From Eledone cirrhosa (taxonomy: Eukaryota), in assembly GCA_964016885.1 (NCBI GenBank), contig OZ024743.1, positions 371,628,001 to 371,692,000 of the forward strand: 64,000 nt of DNA, written 5' to 3'. Positions 1-12,500 of the stretch are shown here, one piece after another. The first letter of the stretch is position 1. Each line of letters opens with the position of its first letter. Under the pieces are notes generated by a model. That model did not search any database and was not told the DNA's origin. It saw nothing but the letters and a program-made list of their open reading frames with translations. A program made the position numbers and the translations under genes.

Positions 1-1275
1 AGCCTCAGATATTCAGGATGTATCGGAGGGTTCTTGCTGTTCCCAGCAAGCAAGCCTTTTGAAGTGTTCCAAAAAATGGGGCTGGACTAATGTTCTTTAA
101 CCCTCCTTGAAAACTCTTTGAGATAGTACCTAGTGCTCCTATGACAAACGGGATGAGCTTGATCTCATAAATCCTGGTATCGGTTAATTTTCTCCTCCTT
201 TTCTTGCACTCTCTTGTCAAATGGGCAGGCTACATCTACAATCAGGCACAATCTTTTTTCCTTGTCAAAAACCACCAGGTCAGGCCTATTGTGTTCTAAT
301 TTCTTGTCTGTCTGTATCCTAAAATCCTATAGCACCTTCACTTGATCGTTTTCTATCACCGACTCTGGCTTAGGCTCATTCCACTTCTCAGAATGTGGTA
401 AATTGTTTAGTTTGCATAAATGCCAGTGAATCACCTTTCCTATTATATCATGTCTCCAGCCTTTATTGTGATTCTGGGCTAGGTGTTTACACTCGGATAC
501 AATGTGAGCCACAGTCTCCTCACCCACTTCGTTCTGAGGGCTTGCTCTTGTGCATCCATTAGCATTCCTTCTGTAGCTTTTTTAAGGTCTCCTCTTTGTC
601 TGTGGATCTCTGAATTCCATTTTCTTAAAGAAGGTGCTATGAAGGGATTTTTCATGAAGGTTGCTCTTCCTGTTTGTTGTTATTTCCTCCTTGGACATCC
701 CCTGGTCTATTGTCTTCTCCTTCAGTACAACTTTGAGCATTGACTCCCTACTCTCAGACACATATTTGTGCAGACTGTTTTTCTCCATCTGAACACAGTC
801 TTCTATGCTTCCACCTTCAGATCTCTTTAAGTAGAGTCTATCGACATAACTCCTCTTGTGGAACATGTTGTAGATAGACAATAGCTTCCTAGTCTTCCTA
901 TCCATTTCATTTTGTTCAGCAACATTCCATTTCATAATTCCCGCACTGTACCTAATAATAGACAAAGCGTGGGAATTTACTGCACTTATGACATTCCTAC
1001 TATTTAGATGTAATTTTAGCATGTTCCTTACTCTCCTTATGTACTCAGATCTTATCATTTCCTTCATTTTATTGTTCTTGATGTCATCTTCCTCCAGAAC
1101 ACCCAAATATTTGTATCCTTCCTCAGTGTCAATTTCCTTTATCATCTCACCTGTTGATACCTGGATTCCGTGCTTCTGTTCAATTTACCCCTCTTCATCA
1201 CTAGGACTCCACACTTATTAACACCAAATTCCATACATATATCATTGCTGAAAATACGGACAGTGTTAACAAATA
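1..1275 (-). mobile_element. R4/Dong-clade (restriction-like endonuclease) non-LTR retrotransposon, 3' part of ORF, disrupted
   Basis: ORF pieces carry YKYLGVLE (late RT), ETVAHIVSEC..RHD (CCHC region), DFRIQTD..HNRPDLVV, IPFVIGALG and LQKACLLGTARTLR, typical of the R4/Dong C-terminus; frameshifts and stops are present. Confidence 0.85.
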
Positions 1276-1283
1276 TATCCATC

Positions 1284-2170
1284 AATGTCGTCGTCATTGT
1301 CACCACTGCTGTCGTCATTGTTTAACATCTATTTTCTATGCTTGCTTGGGTCAGACAGGCTATTACATTGAGGCAACACAGGTAAGGTGACTATGGTTTG
1401 CTAATAGGCTTTGTTTTAACCTATGGTTCTAGTACATCACTTTCTTTCATAGCACCAGCACTACTACCATTATAGGGTGGACTTTGCGTTTTTTGTCATA
1501 ACACCAGCACTACCGCCTCACACAATTTTGAACACCTCGCATCTTTGGTCTCCACAATGTGAAACTTCTTAGTTTCTGTTTCCCACTTTGCAGAGTGTAC
1601 CTGTCACCTAGCTTCTTGGTGTTGTTCTCTGCTTCTCCGATTCTGCCATGCTTGTTTCTTGGCCTTAATTGTCTTGTCCACCCTCCTTCTCCCTCAAGCC
1701 ATGCTCCAGTCACAGATCTTGTCTGTGACCTTTAGCAGATTATCTCTCAGCAACTTCTACTGTTCCTCTATGTTGTAAATCACTATCTCCTCTTCTTTAC
1801 TGTTAAAAACATCAAGCTGGACACTCCAAAATTTGTTACCGACTGAAGCTTCCCTCAGCTTCTACGTTCTACTCCAAGCTGCCTTCAACCTCCAATTTTA
1901 TCTAGCAACTTTAAAGTTTCTAACTACTATGTTATGGTGGGAGGGAGGGATTTTGTGTTTGCAATCATCAGTCAATTTATCTTTTGGTGAGAATAAAATC
2001 TATTGGCAAGTGCACTCTTTTGATTTGTTGGTGATCAGGTGATTGGCTGGTTCCAAAGTTTGTGTTACAGATAGTTATATAATTGCATAATTCCAGGATC
2101 CTTCATCCCTCTTCATTCTTATATCAAATCCAAAGGCTCCATGAACTCTATCAAAGTGTTTATATCATGC
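1284..2170 (-). mobile_element. Decayed RTE LINE fragments (3' tail piece plus EN-linker region)
   Basis: Similar to the RTE at 25229-27100, and begins with an RTE-type 3' end (tttaacatctattttctatgcttgc). Confidence 0.6.
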
Positions 2171-4117
2171 TCATTCAATGTCCATTTTCATTTATCTAAA
2201 AAGCTTCCAAAATAATTTTATGTAAGAACTTTTGTTAAGTTATGTTATTAACTTTGCTGGCCTTGTGCCTAAAGTAGAAACAGTTATTAACTTAATACTG
2301 AAAAAGTTAATTATATTACTAAATGCCTCCAAATTCTTAATTATTTTCAATATTATTTGAAAATCACAATGAATATTTTTCATTGAAAATATAGTAATGA
2401 TAGGGTTAATCCTTAATTCCTTTATCTATAATGTATGGATACTAATTTATTACTCACTATTTTTACATGTCTTTTTAGGATTTTATCAGCAATAAAAATT
2501 GATGGCAACGTTCCTGTGATTAATATTTTTCAAGATGAATCACTATTTTGTTAAACTGCTACAGTAAATTATTTAATTACTTATTTAATTTTCATTATTT
2601 TTATCCTGCTGGGAATATAAGCTTTTCATTGTTTGAATATTAAATTTTCAAAAATATTGTTATGAATTTTCATGTTAACTATTTATATTTCTTTATCAAA
2701 AAGTTGATGTATTTTTAAAATTCCATAACCCTTTCTCCAAACATCATCATTTCCAATAATATTATTGAATGAGAGAATTCATTTTTTAAAATAAACTGCT
2801 ATAGTTCTGTATAGCTTTCAGAAATCTTTTATCTTCAATAAAGTTTTGTTTTTAAATTTTGGTTGCAAAGTTCAGTCCATGTTATTTATAATATTTCAAA
2901 AAATTTTGAAATGTTTGGTGTTCTCTTTATTTAATATTGGCTTGTATATTTACTACATGTTTCACTTGCACAATGAATGGCTAGCTGAAAACATTTATCT
3001 GGTACATACTATGTAAATACTTTACAATTCATTTTAAAGTTTGGTTTTAAAACCAAAAGAAAAGAGTGAAGGAATGAGTTACTGAAAATAAAATGTGATA
3101 AATGTTGACACACAAAATATTCAAGCTTATTTACAATGTAAAAAAAAAAAAGGGAAAAGAGTCAGTTATCAGAACAGACCAAGGAAACAATGTTTCCATT
3201 GTTCTTTCCATTGCTGATACTATATGCTATTCACAACTACTAGCAGAGTCCCCTGTTCCATTATCTGGTTGGCTCTTAGAACTAGGAGTAGACAAGTGGT
3301 TTGTGAGGGCATTACAAGCCATGTATAGAGAAACAGTCAGCAAGGTTAGAATTAAGAATGATTATAGTGAAGAATTTAGCATGCAGGCTGGTGTCCACCA
3401 GGGCTCAGTTCTTAGCCCTCTCTTGTTTATTATCATCCTGCAAGCTATAACAGAAGAGTTTAAGAGTCACTGCCAATGGGAACCTTGAGTGCAGATGACT
3501 TAACCCTTATAACTGGATCCATGGCAGAATTAGAGAGGAAAATTCTAAAGCTAGAAGCATGGCCTAGAATCCCAAAGTCTTAAAATTAGGTTGTGAAAGA
3601 CTAAAGTCTTAGTATGTGAAAAGAAAAACAGGGCCGAAAGTCCCTCTGGCAAATGACCTTGCTCATTGTGTAATGAAAAGGGTAGGTAGAAACTCCATCC
3701 TATGTCCCAAATGCAAACTATGGGTACACAAGAGATGTAGTGGGATCTCAGGCAGACTAGTCAAGAATGTGGGTTTTACATCTGTCTGATACACAGGAAC
3801 AGTAAGTAGAAAGAGCTCACATGATATAAACTTCTTCTAGAAGTAGTAGATAGTTTCTGTTAACTGGGTGACCAAATTTGAAGTGGAGGAGGGTGTTCCA
3901 GAAGCACAGTAGCCAGAGTGAGAATGGGTTGGCAATAGTTCAGGGAGTTACTACCATTGCTAACTACAAAAGGTTTTCCCCTCAAAATGAAAGGCAGATT
4001 GTATGATGCATGTATACGAACAGCAATGTTACATGGTAGTGAGACCTGGGCACTGTGTGCAGAGGATCTGCAAAGATTGGAAAGAAATGAAGCTACCAAG
4101 CTTCAATGGATATGTAA

Positions 4118-5866
4118 TAGTAATATTGTCATACCAAAGGATTGGTGCAGTAGCATCATTGTCATCTGCTACAAAGGTAAAGGTGATGCACTAGATAGAG
4201 GAAACTGTAGAGGTATAAAGCTGATGGACCAGGTCATGAAAGTAACAGAAAGAGTTACAGCACAGCTGATTAGGGACAGGGTGAAACTAGATGAGATGCA
4301 ATTTTGGTTTGTGCCAGGAAGAGGCAGTTACAGGAAAAGTACCTAGCTAAAAGTAAGCCGCTCTACCTAGCATTCGTCGATCTCGAGAAAGCCTTTGACA
4401 GAGTTCCCCGTGCTATAATCTGGTGGGCTCTTAGAAAACTAGGAGTAGATGAATGGCTTGTGAAAGCTGTACAAGCCATGTATAGGAGAGCAGTCAGCAA
4501 AGTTAGGATTAGCAATGACTATAGCAAGGAATTTAGCGTAGAGGTCGGTGTCCACCAGGGCTCTGTTCTTAGTCCTCTCCTGTTCATCATAGTTCTACAG
4601 GCAATAACGGAGGAGTTTAAGACTAGATGCCCATGGGAACTCCCGTATGCAGATGACCTCAGACTTATAGCTGAATCTATGGTAGAACTAGAGAAGAAAT
4701 TCCAAACTTGGAAGCAGGGACTAGAAAGAAGGGGTCTCAAAGTCAACCTGACAAAGACTAAGGTCCTTGTAAGTAGACGAGAAAACAGAACCCAGATCCC
4801 CTCAGGGAAATGGCCCTGCTCAGTATGAAGGAAAGGTGTAGGTAGGAACTCCATTCTCTGCCCCAATACAAACAATGGGTACACAAGAGATGTAGCGGGA
4901 TCTCAGGAAGCTTAACTAAGAATGTAGGCTTCACATGTATCAGCTGTGCTGGGACAGCAAGCAGCAAACAGCCACAAGTAACAAGTGCCACCAAACTATG
5001 GGAGGGCTCTGTAGAAACAGTAGACAGCTTCTGCTACCTAGGTGACCGAATTAGCAGCGGAGGTGGGTGTTCGGAAAGTACAATAACTAGGGTAAGAATG
5101 GGATGGAAGAATTTCAGGGAGCTACTGCCACTGCTAGCTGCAAAAGGCTTTTCCTTCAAAATGAAAGGCAGACTGTATGATGCGTGTATCCGGACAGCAA
5201 TGTCACATGCTGTGTGTAGATTAGAAAGAAATGAAGCTTGCATGCTCTGATGGATGAGTAATAGTAATATACGTGAACGGCAAAGCATAAACGAATTGAG
5301 AGAGAGACTGAGCATAAGAGGAATCAAATGCTGTGTGCAGGAGAGGAGGTTGCGTTGGTATGGACATGTGATGTGTATGAAGGATGACAGCTGCATAAAA
5401 AGGTGCAGAGCACGAAAAGTTGATGGGAGCCACGGAGTGGGGAGACCCAAGAAGACCTGGGACGAGGTGATAAAAGCCGACCTTACCCAATTACACCTCT
5501 CAAAGGTGATGACACACGACCGTGACCTCTGGCGTCACGCAGTAATACAGAAGACACCCCCCCCCCTCCACGGGTACAAGCCGAAGCTGAAGTATATAGA
5601 CAATATGCTCCCACTGCAAAGTGGTCGTGGAGGTGCCATGGCAAAAAAGCACCCAACCCACACTGTAAAGTGGCGCCACAGAAAAAAGCACCCAACCCAC
5701 ACTGTAAATGAGGTTGGTGTTAGGAAGGGCATCCAGCTGTAGAAACCAAGCCAGAATCAGTTCCCGTATGAACAAGGCATGGTCAGCCGACTGGACACTG
5801 CCCACAACAGGACAACCCGTCTAACCCATGCTAGCGTGGAAGAACGGACGTAAAACGGTGATGATG
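4118..5866 (+). mobile_element. RTE LINE copy 2, 5'-truncated (RT, C-terminus and 3' UTR)
   Basis: YKGKGDALDRGNCRGIKL, FVDLEKAFDRV, GVHQGSVLSP, YADDL, RRLRWYGHV and GRPKKTW motifs; the 3' UTR ends ggtgatgatga. Confidence 0.9.
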
Positions 5867-6178
5867 AATGGCAAAGCATAAATGAAGTAAGAGAGAAATT
5901 GGGCATAAGGGGGGTCAGCTGCAGTGTAGAGGAAAGGAAGGAGATTGCATTGGTATGGACATGTGATGCGTATGAAAGATGACAGAAGTATAAAAAGGTG
6001 CAGAGCGCTCAAAGTTGATGAGTGGGAGGACATAGGAAGACTTGGGATGACCTTGCACAATTGCAAAGGTGATTACACAGGACCATGATCTCATGCTATG
6101 CAGGAGCTAAAGCATACGTCTAGTATGCACCACCCTTCCTTCCATACAACCTTTCCCATACACCTCCCACATTATAAT

Positions 6179-6308
6179 CACCCCATCCAAGTCCTAACAC
6201 CCCATCCAAGTCCTAACACCCCATCCAAGTCCTAACACCCCATCCAAGTCCTAACACCCCATCCAAGTCCTAACACCCCATCCAAGTCCTAACACCCCAT
6301 CCAAGTCC
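6179..6308. repeat. 19-bp minisatellite (ccccatccaagtcctaaca), about 6.7 copies
   Basis: Identical tandem units read directly, inside the 3' UTR of RTE copy 1. Confidence 0.95.
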
Positions 6309-6652
6309 CCAACCCACACTATAAAGAGTTCATCCTGGTGCCACAACGAACACCCAGTCCAACAAGTGGTCGTATAGATGTCATGACAAAAAGCACCCAG
6401 TCCACACTATAAAGTGGTCGTGTAGGTATGATAAAAAGCACCCACTACACACTGTAAATATGATTGGCATTAGGAAGGGCATCTAGCTATAGAATCCAAG
6501 ACAAAATCAGTTCTGTGTGAGCAAAACATGGTCCTCCGACCTGGCTTGTCTCACAACAGGAAAGCTCATCTAACTCACGCTAGCATGAAAAATGGTTGTT
6601 AACTGAGGATGATATATATATATATATAGAGAGAGGGATATATATATATATA

Positions 6653-6871
6653 GGATCGATCGACTTTCGTCAAATTGGACCAAGGACACAATGTTTCCGT
6701 TGGTTTTTCCAATTGCTAATACTATCTATCGGTCGCAACTCAAGGTAGAAGGAGCAACGTGAAATAAAGTGTCTTGTTCAAGGACATAACGCATTGCCCT
6801 GTCCAGGAATCGAACTCACAACCTCAAGATTGTGAATCCAATTCTCTAACCACTCAGCCACATGCCTTCAC
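6653..6871 (-). mobile_element. tRNA-derived SINE, family A (CORE-like central domain)
   Basis: Minus strand has A box TGGCTGAGTGG, B box GTTCGATTCC and a CORE-like gtccttgaacaagacacttt; it is flanked by (TA)n. A near-identical copy lies at 7894-8109 and a body fragment at about 3170-3240. Confidence 0.85.
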
Positions 6872-7126
6872 TATATATATACTATAACAAAGAAAGGAAG
6901 GAGTGTGGGACAGCATCCGTTTTATATTTCTTAATCCCATTAGTAAAATAAGTTGGATTACTTTGAATAAATAATAAATGAATATTACATAATTTATGTA
7001 CTAAATTTTGTAACTCTTGATTAAATATTAATAATTTTATTGCTTATTTCAAAATTCACTTCTTTTAAAATTTTCAAATTTCAACACTTCCAAGTATATC
7101 GCCACCACTTCAGCTACCATATATAC

Positions 7127-7571
7127 ACTAGACCTGAACAATGCGCAAGCTCAAAAGAGCCACAGAATGTTATAATAAACCTTCAAAAGTGTTGGACTAG
7201 AGTTGTTGCTCAAATATATTGTAATCATTATCTATTGTACACTCTGTGGCATCCTTTTATAAAAAAGAGACTCATAACGAACTCAAGACGTCACGATAAT
7301 TATTTAAGCTAATGTTCAATATCTCATATTAGATGTTTAGTAATGATTAATACGAAATGCATTAAACCGAATTCTATATTATAAATTCAAATAAATAATT
7401 ATTGTGTCGTCTTGAGTTCGTTATGAGTCTCTTTTTTATAAAAGGATACCACAGAGTGTACGATAGATAACGATTACAATATTTTTGAGCAACAACTCTA
7501 GTCCCACAGTTTTGAAGGTTTATTATAACATTCTGTGGCTCTTTTGAGCTTGCGCATTTTTCAGGTCTAGT
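7127..7571. mobile_element. Fold-back / MITE-like element with inverted arms of about 175 bp
   Basis: 7127 to about 7305 is the reverse complement of about 7390-7571 with few mismatches; termini are ACTAGACCTG...CAGGTCTAGT. Confidence 0.85.
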
Positions 7572-7865
7572 TTAATATTTTTTTAAGGCAACGCTTGTAA
7601 TAACTCTAGTTAAACATGATATATATTAATAATAAATTATCGTTGTAATGTAATTAGATTATATAATTGTTATTTTATAAATGATCTTATAAATATTATT
7701 GTAAGATGTTTAAAAATATTTTCAGACTTTTAATATAAACAACTACAAAAAACAATCAATCATCATCATCATCAATATTAAATAAATATATTTTACATAA
7801 TAATTGTTATAGCTGAATTAATAAAAATTTAATATTACATACAAATAGTCTAACATAATAATAAT

Positions 7866-8272
7866 AAAATAATTGTTTCTACTTTAGGCACAAAAGGAAC
7901 GATCGACTTTCGTCAAATCGGACCGAGGGAACAATGTTTCCGTTGGTCTTTCCAATTGCTAATACTATCTATCGGTCGCAACTCCAGGCAGAAGGAGCAA
8001 CGTGAAATAAAGTGTCTTGCTCAAGGACATAACGCATCGCCTGGTCCAGGAATCGAACTCACAACCTTACGATTGCGAATTCCCTAACCACTCAGCCACA
8101 CACCTTCACTTAGGCACAAGGCCAGCAAATACCCAGTACATTACTGGTACTTTATTTTATCGACCCCGTAAGGATGAAAGGCAAAGTTAACCTCGGCGGG
8201 ATTTGAACTCAGACCGTAAAGGGACGTAACTATGCGTCCGACTCTCTACCGATACTGCCAATTCCCCGCCCT
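7866..8272 (-). mobile_element. tRNA-derived SINE, family B (MetaSINE-like domain), split by a family A SINE
   Basis: Head ggcggggaattggcagtatcgg, B box gagttcaaatccc, domain gcctttcatcc..ggggtcgataaaataaagtaccag, tail (tta)n; other copies at 47865-47975 and 48330-48522. Confidence 0.8.
7894..8109 (-). mobile_element. SINE family A inserted in SINE family B
   Basis: 10-bp TSD ttaggcacaa at 7884-7893 and 8110-8119. Confidence 0.9.
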
Positions 8273-8432
8273 CTAATATAATAATAATAAAATAATCTAA
8301 CATAAAACGAACAATAATATGGACATATATACAAGTAAATATGATACAACCAATATTATAAGCATGTTATAACGAACTGAAAAAAAATAGTTAATATAAA
8401 TTTAAAAAAATCATATATAAATTAACAATATA

Positions 8433-8680
8433 ACTTACCAAACGAGAAAAATATTTTGACGATAAAACGACAAAATACAGGAGAGAGAAGCGAAACGACA
8501 AAATACAGGAGAGAGAAGCGAAACGATAAATAAACGTGCAAACAAAACGCTTTTGAGCAACAATTACTCTCGTTGGTTGATTAGCCAATAAGACGATGAA
8601 ATTAGCCACTAAGACGATCCATTACAAAACATGTTTGGAAGGAATCGCCATGGCCAGCGATACCCCTTGAATCTTTTATT
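8433..8680 (-). promoter_or_regulatory. Putative Pol II promoter and non-coding first exon, transcribed leftwards
   Basis: CpG-retaining patch with a duplicated attagcca(a/c)taagacgat motif containing CCAAT, a pyrimidine-rich minus-strand leader, and a consensus donor TTG|GTAAGT at 8438-8433. Confidence 0.4.
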
Positions 8681-8750
8681 CACAAGCTACGCATATATTG
8701 TCAGACATGCAGACTTAAAACATTCTGTTGTTAGTCACTGCGTGTCTAAC

Positions 8751-8793
<43 letters not shown>

Positions 8794-9528
8794 CAGAGTG
8801 AGCAAGAAAGAGAGTTATACAGATAGAGGGTTTATGTGGCATATATATATATATATATTTTTAGAGAGAGAGAGAGTGAAAGAGAAATATGAAGCGATTT
8901 GTATTTTTTTCAACACGCTGATGCAACATTTATATGCATGAGTATATATCCGGTATAAACTTTTTGTGTATAAAATTAGGTGTTAGTACAGCAAGTATGT
9001 TGTTGCTCAGGTGCATTATAACTGTTGTTCTTTGATTTTATAAAATCACTATCAACTACCATATATACAGACAGAGGGAGAAAGAAAATAAAAGAGAGAG
9101 ATTGTGCTTAGGCCATGCATTGTGCTGCTACCACTGTTGTTATGACTACCTCATACTGTTCTCTCTCTCTCTATGTCTGATGTATGAAATAGCAGACGAT
9201 CATACATTTATATGTATAAATATAATCACGCAAAAACAGACACACTTACAGACATGCATTCACACATTCTTAACTGGTAATAGGTATTTTTATCGCTATA
9301 TCACATCGATTATATATCATTAATTATATAAAGGTTCATATATTTCCATCGTTCTTTCATAACGTTTATAATATTCCGTCTCTCATTTATTTCAAACATA
9401 TTTATTTCAAAGATTTCTTTTCTCCGTGACAGCTATATATATTTTTTTTTTTTTGTTTTAACATATATTTATTTGTAAGATTTCACTGTAGAGATAACAT
9501 ATTTATACATACATGACAGAAAGTGAAT

Positions 9529-12500
9529 ATGGGATGCAGAAAACATTTCTCATCTAAATCCCAACGCATGGCAGCAGACGCACAATGACAAAGAGAGACA
9601 AAGGCAAATCAATCAAACAATAATCGTTCTACAACATCGCAACAAATTTCTACAAATGTAGTTCAGTTAACACACCAACAACAACCTGCAACAAATTCAC
9701 CAAACGTTCGGAGAGGAAGGAACAGGTCAATTGAAGGTCTGGCAAAGAATCCTACAGATGACCCTTTCCAAGAGCAAAATGTTCTTTCCATAATGCCACA
9801 ACATAATGCAGGGAGTCTCTTTGCCTCTATTCTGTCCACACTACAAAGCTTATCGCTGGCCACATGAACCCAAATCTCTGTGCTGCTTCCAGGGAAAAGT
9901 GAAACTCCCTCAACTTCCTCCTCCTCCACCAAATATACTGAAATATTTCGATATCACTCAAGCAGGAAATTCTTTTCTCCATAAGATACGTGCATATAAC
10001 AATGTGCTTGCCTTAGCTGCAATTGGTCGCAAAGAGATTAGAGACCCAGGATTTAGTCCCCTATCCAAGGTAAGGTTTATCACATTATTGGATCACTACT
10101 TCCAAGTGATGCTTCACCCAAGTTTACGCAGCTTTACTTCTATGATACAGATCATGAGCTTCAGAATCGCTTGCATCATGCTAATTTAGATGCTGCTGTC
10201 CTGCAGGACCTGCAGGAAGACTTGCACTACTGCAACACCTCTATAAGAAGCTTCAAGGCAGTCATTGAAATGCTAGTCTCTGAAAATGTGAATATTGTCC
10301 TACATGCTGACAAAGTAAACTCCACTGATTTTCATTGTCGCACATATAATCATCCTATGACATCTGAGATTGCTGTTATTCAACCTGATACAGCATTAGG
10401 TCTTTTGGAAGTCATCATTCATAAAAGAGATGGTCGTCTTCAGAGGATTCATCAGTTGCACCATTATGCATTATGTGTTACTGTTTCCTTGGGGGAATGA
10501 TGGTTTGAAAAGGATTGACAACAACCACACACTCACACCCACTGATTTCTACTGTTATCGGTTTCAGGTTAGGCAAGGTGACTGTAACATTATCATGAAG
10601 AGCAGGCGGCTGATGCAGCAATATTCTGTAGAGGTCCAGGCAAAAATAGAACATTGTCGCCTCAAATGGGCCCCACAACAATCAAACCATGATACGAGCT
10701 GAAAAGTATGAGGGTTTGTATGATGCTGTGGCTGAAGGAGATTCAGTAAATGCAGGCTGGGGAATTGTTCTTCTTCCTTCAGTCTATTGTTCCCCTTGCT
10801 TCTACAGTGAATGCTTCCAGAATTCAATGACTGGTTCGACACATGGGAAAGCCATCTTATTTCATCACTAATAACTAACCCTAACTGGAATGAAATTAAA
10901 AATAGTTTGCACCCTGGTGAGGAACCTAGAGACAATCCTGATATTTGTGCAAGAGTCTTCAAGATTAAGTATGACAGCCTCATGGATGACATACTGAAAA
11001 AAAAATGTCCTAGGAAAAGTTGTGGCTCATTCTGCTACAATAGAGTGGCAGAAAACGAGGCCTCACTCATGCTCATATTCTGCTGATAATGGCTGAAGAT
11101 AGCAAGCCCAAGATTGCTGATGCCATTGATCAGGTAGTGTACTGTGAGATTTCTGATAAAGAGACCAATCCAATTCTGCATAAGATCATCACATCCTGCA
11201 ACATTCATGGCCATGTGGACAAGCTAATATGATGTGCTCATGTATGGAAGGGCTAGGACAACAATGCCATTGCTCAAAAAGTTATCCCAAGGCATTCAGA
11301 CAAACCACATTTGTTGCCGACAATTCCTTTCCGGATTATAGAAGAAGGGATAGACAGCGTGGTGGTCACACCCATACAATCCAACTTAGAGGTCGAGAAT
11401 TTACTGTTGATAATCATTGGATTCATCATCATCATCATCATCACCGTTTTACGCCTGTTCTTCCACCCTAGCATGGGTTAGACGGGTTGTCCTGTTGTGG
11501 CAGTGTCCGGTTGGCTGACCTTGTCTTGCTCATATGAGAACTGATTCTGGCTTGATTTCTACAGCTGGATGCCCTCCCTAACACCAACCTCATTTACAGG
11601 TAGTGTTGGGTGCTTTTTTTCCGTGACGCCTACACGTCCACTTTACAGTGTGGTCTGGGTGCTTTTTTGCCGTGGCACCTCCACGACCACTTTGCAGTGG
11701 AATGATAGGGACTCCAGTCCTATCATTTCATTTCTACAGCTGAGTAAACTGGAGCAATGTGAAATAAAGTGTCTTGCTCAAGGAAACAACACATCACCCA
11801 GCCCGAGAATTGAACTCACAACCTTTCGATTGCAAGCCCAATGCTCTAACTACTAAGCCATACAACCCTTTCCTCTTATTGAGATATCACTGCCACATCA
11901 ATTGTGAGACTGTTGAGTACTTATATAAGTACATTACAAAAGGATCAGACAAGATCACTTTCACTATTAAGGATAATCAAGGAAATTGTGTCCATGCCCA
12001 AAATGAGATTGAGACCTATATCAATGCACGGTACATCTCAGCCAGTGAAGCCTTCTGGAGAATCTATAAATTTCCGTTACATCATCAGAAACCACCAATT
12101 GAAAATTTGCCTTGTCATTTACCTGGGAAACAAATGGTCGTGTATGAGCGAGGGCAGGAAGAAAGTATTGATTCTAGGGGACAGCCAATGACTAAGTTGA
12201 CGGAATATTTTCAACTGAATATTAGAGATCCCCTCGCACAAAACATATTGAATATTGATATTCCTAAATATTTCACTTGGACAAACAAAAAGTGGCAAAG
12301 AAGAAAAAAGGGAGATCTGGATGATGATCAACAATTTATGAGTGAATCTCTTGGACGCATTCCAACAGTATCTCTCAGTAGACATCAATCTGAATTATAT
12401 TACCTCAGGATGATCCTACATCACAAGGCTGGGTCAACTTCATATTTGAGGACAATTGAAGGAGTTGAATTTCCAACATTCCAAGAAGCATGCAGGAAAC

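Larger units (their letters stand above)
3265..6612 (+). mobile_element. RTE LINE copy 1 (RT to 3' UTR), interrupted by RTE copy 2
   Basis: GVHQGSVLSPLLF and LHGSETW motifs. The sequence breaks at about 4117 (gtaatagtaatat) and resumes colinearly at about 5864 (gaatggcaaagcata); the 3' end has a gatga tail at about 6610. Confidence 0.85.

Noticed and set aside
2476-2565. Possible plus-strand exon (ttttag...gtaaat)
   Set aside because: Weak splice signals in AT-rich DNA, an in-frame stop and no other evidence.
6179-6308. Regular repeat resembling a CRISPR array or telomere
   Set aside because: Identical 19-bp units with no spacers and no cas genes, in a eukaryotic context; it is not TTAGGG. 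This is a minisatellite.
6780-6871. tRNA gene
   Set aside because: A and B boxes are present but continue into a multicopy SINE body; this is a SINE head, not a tRNA.
11229-11471. Poly-His protein end (HHHHHHH)
   Set aside because: Translation of the (cat)n tail of an inserted SINE.
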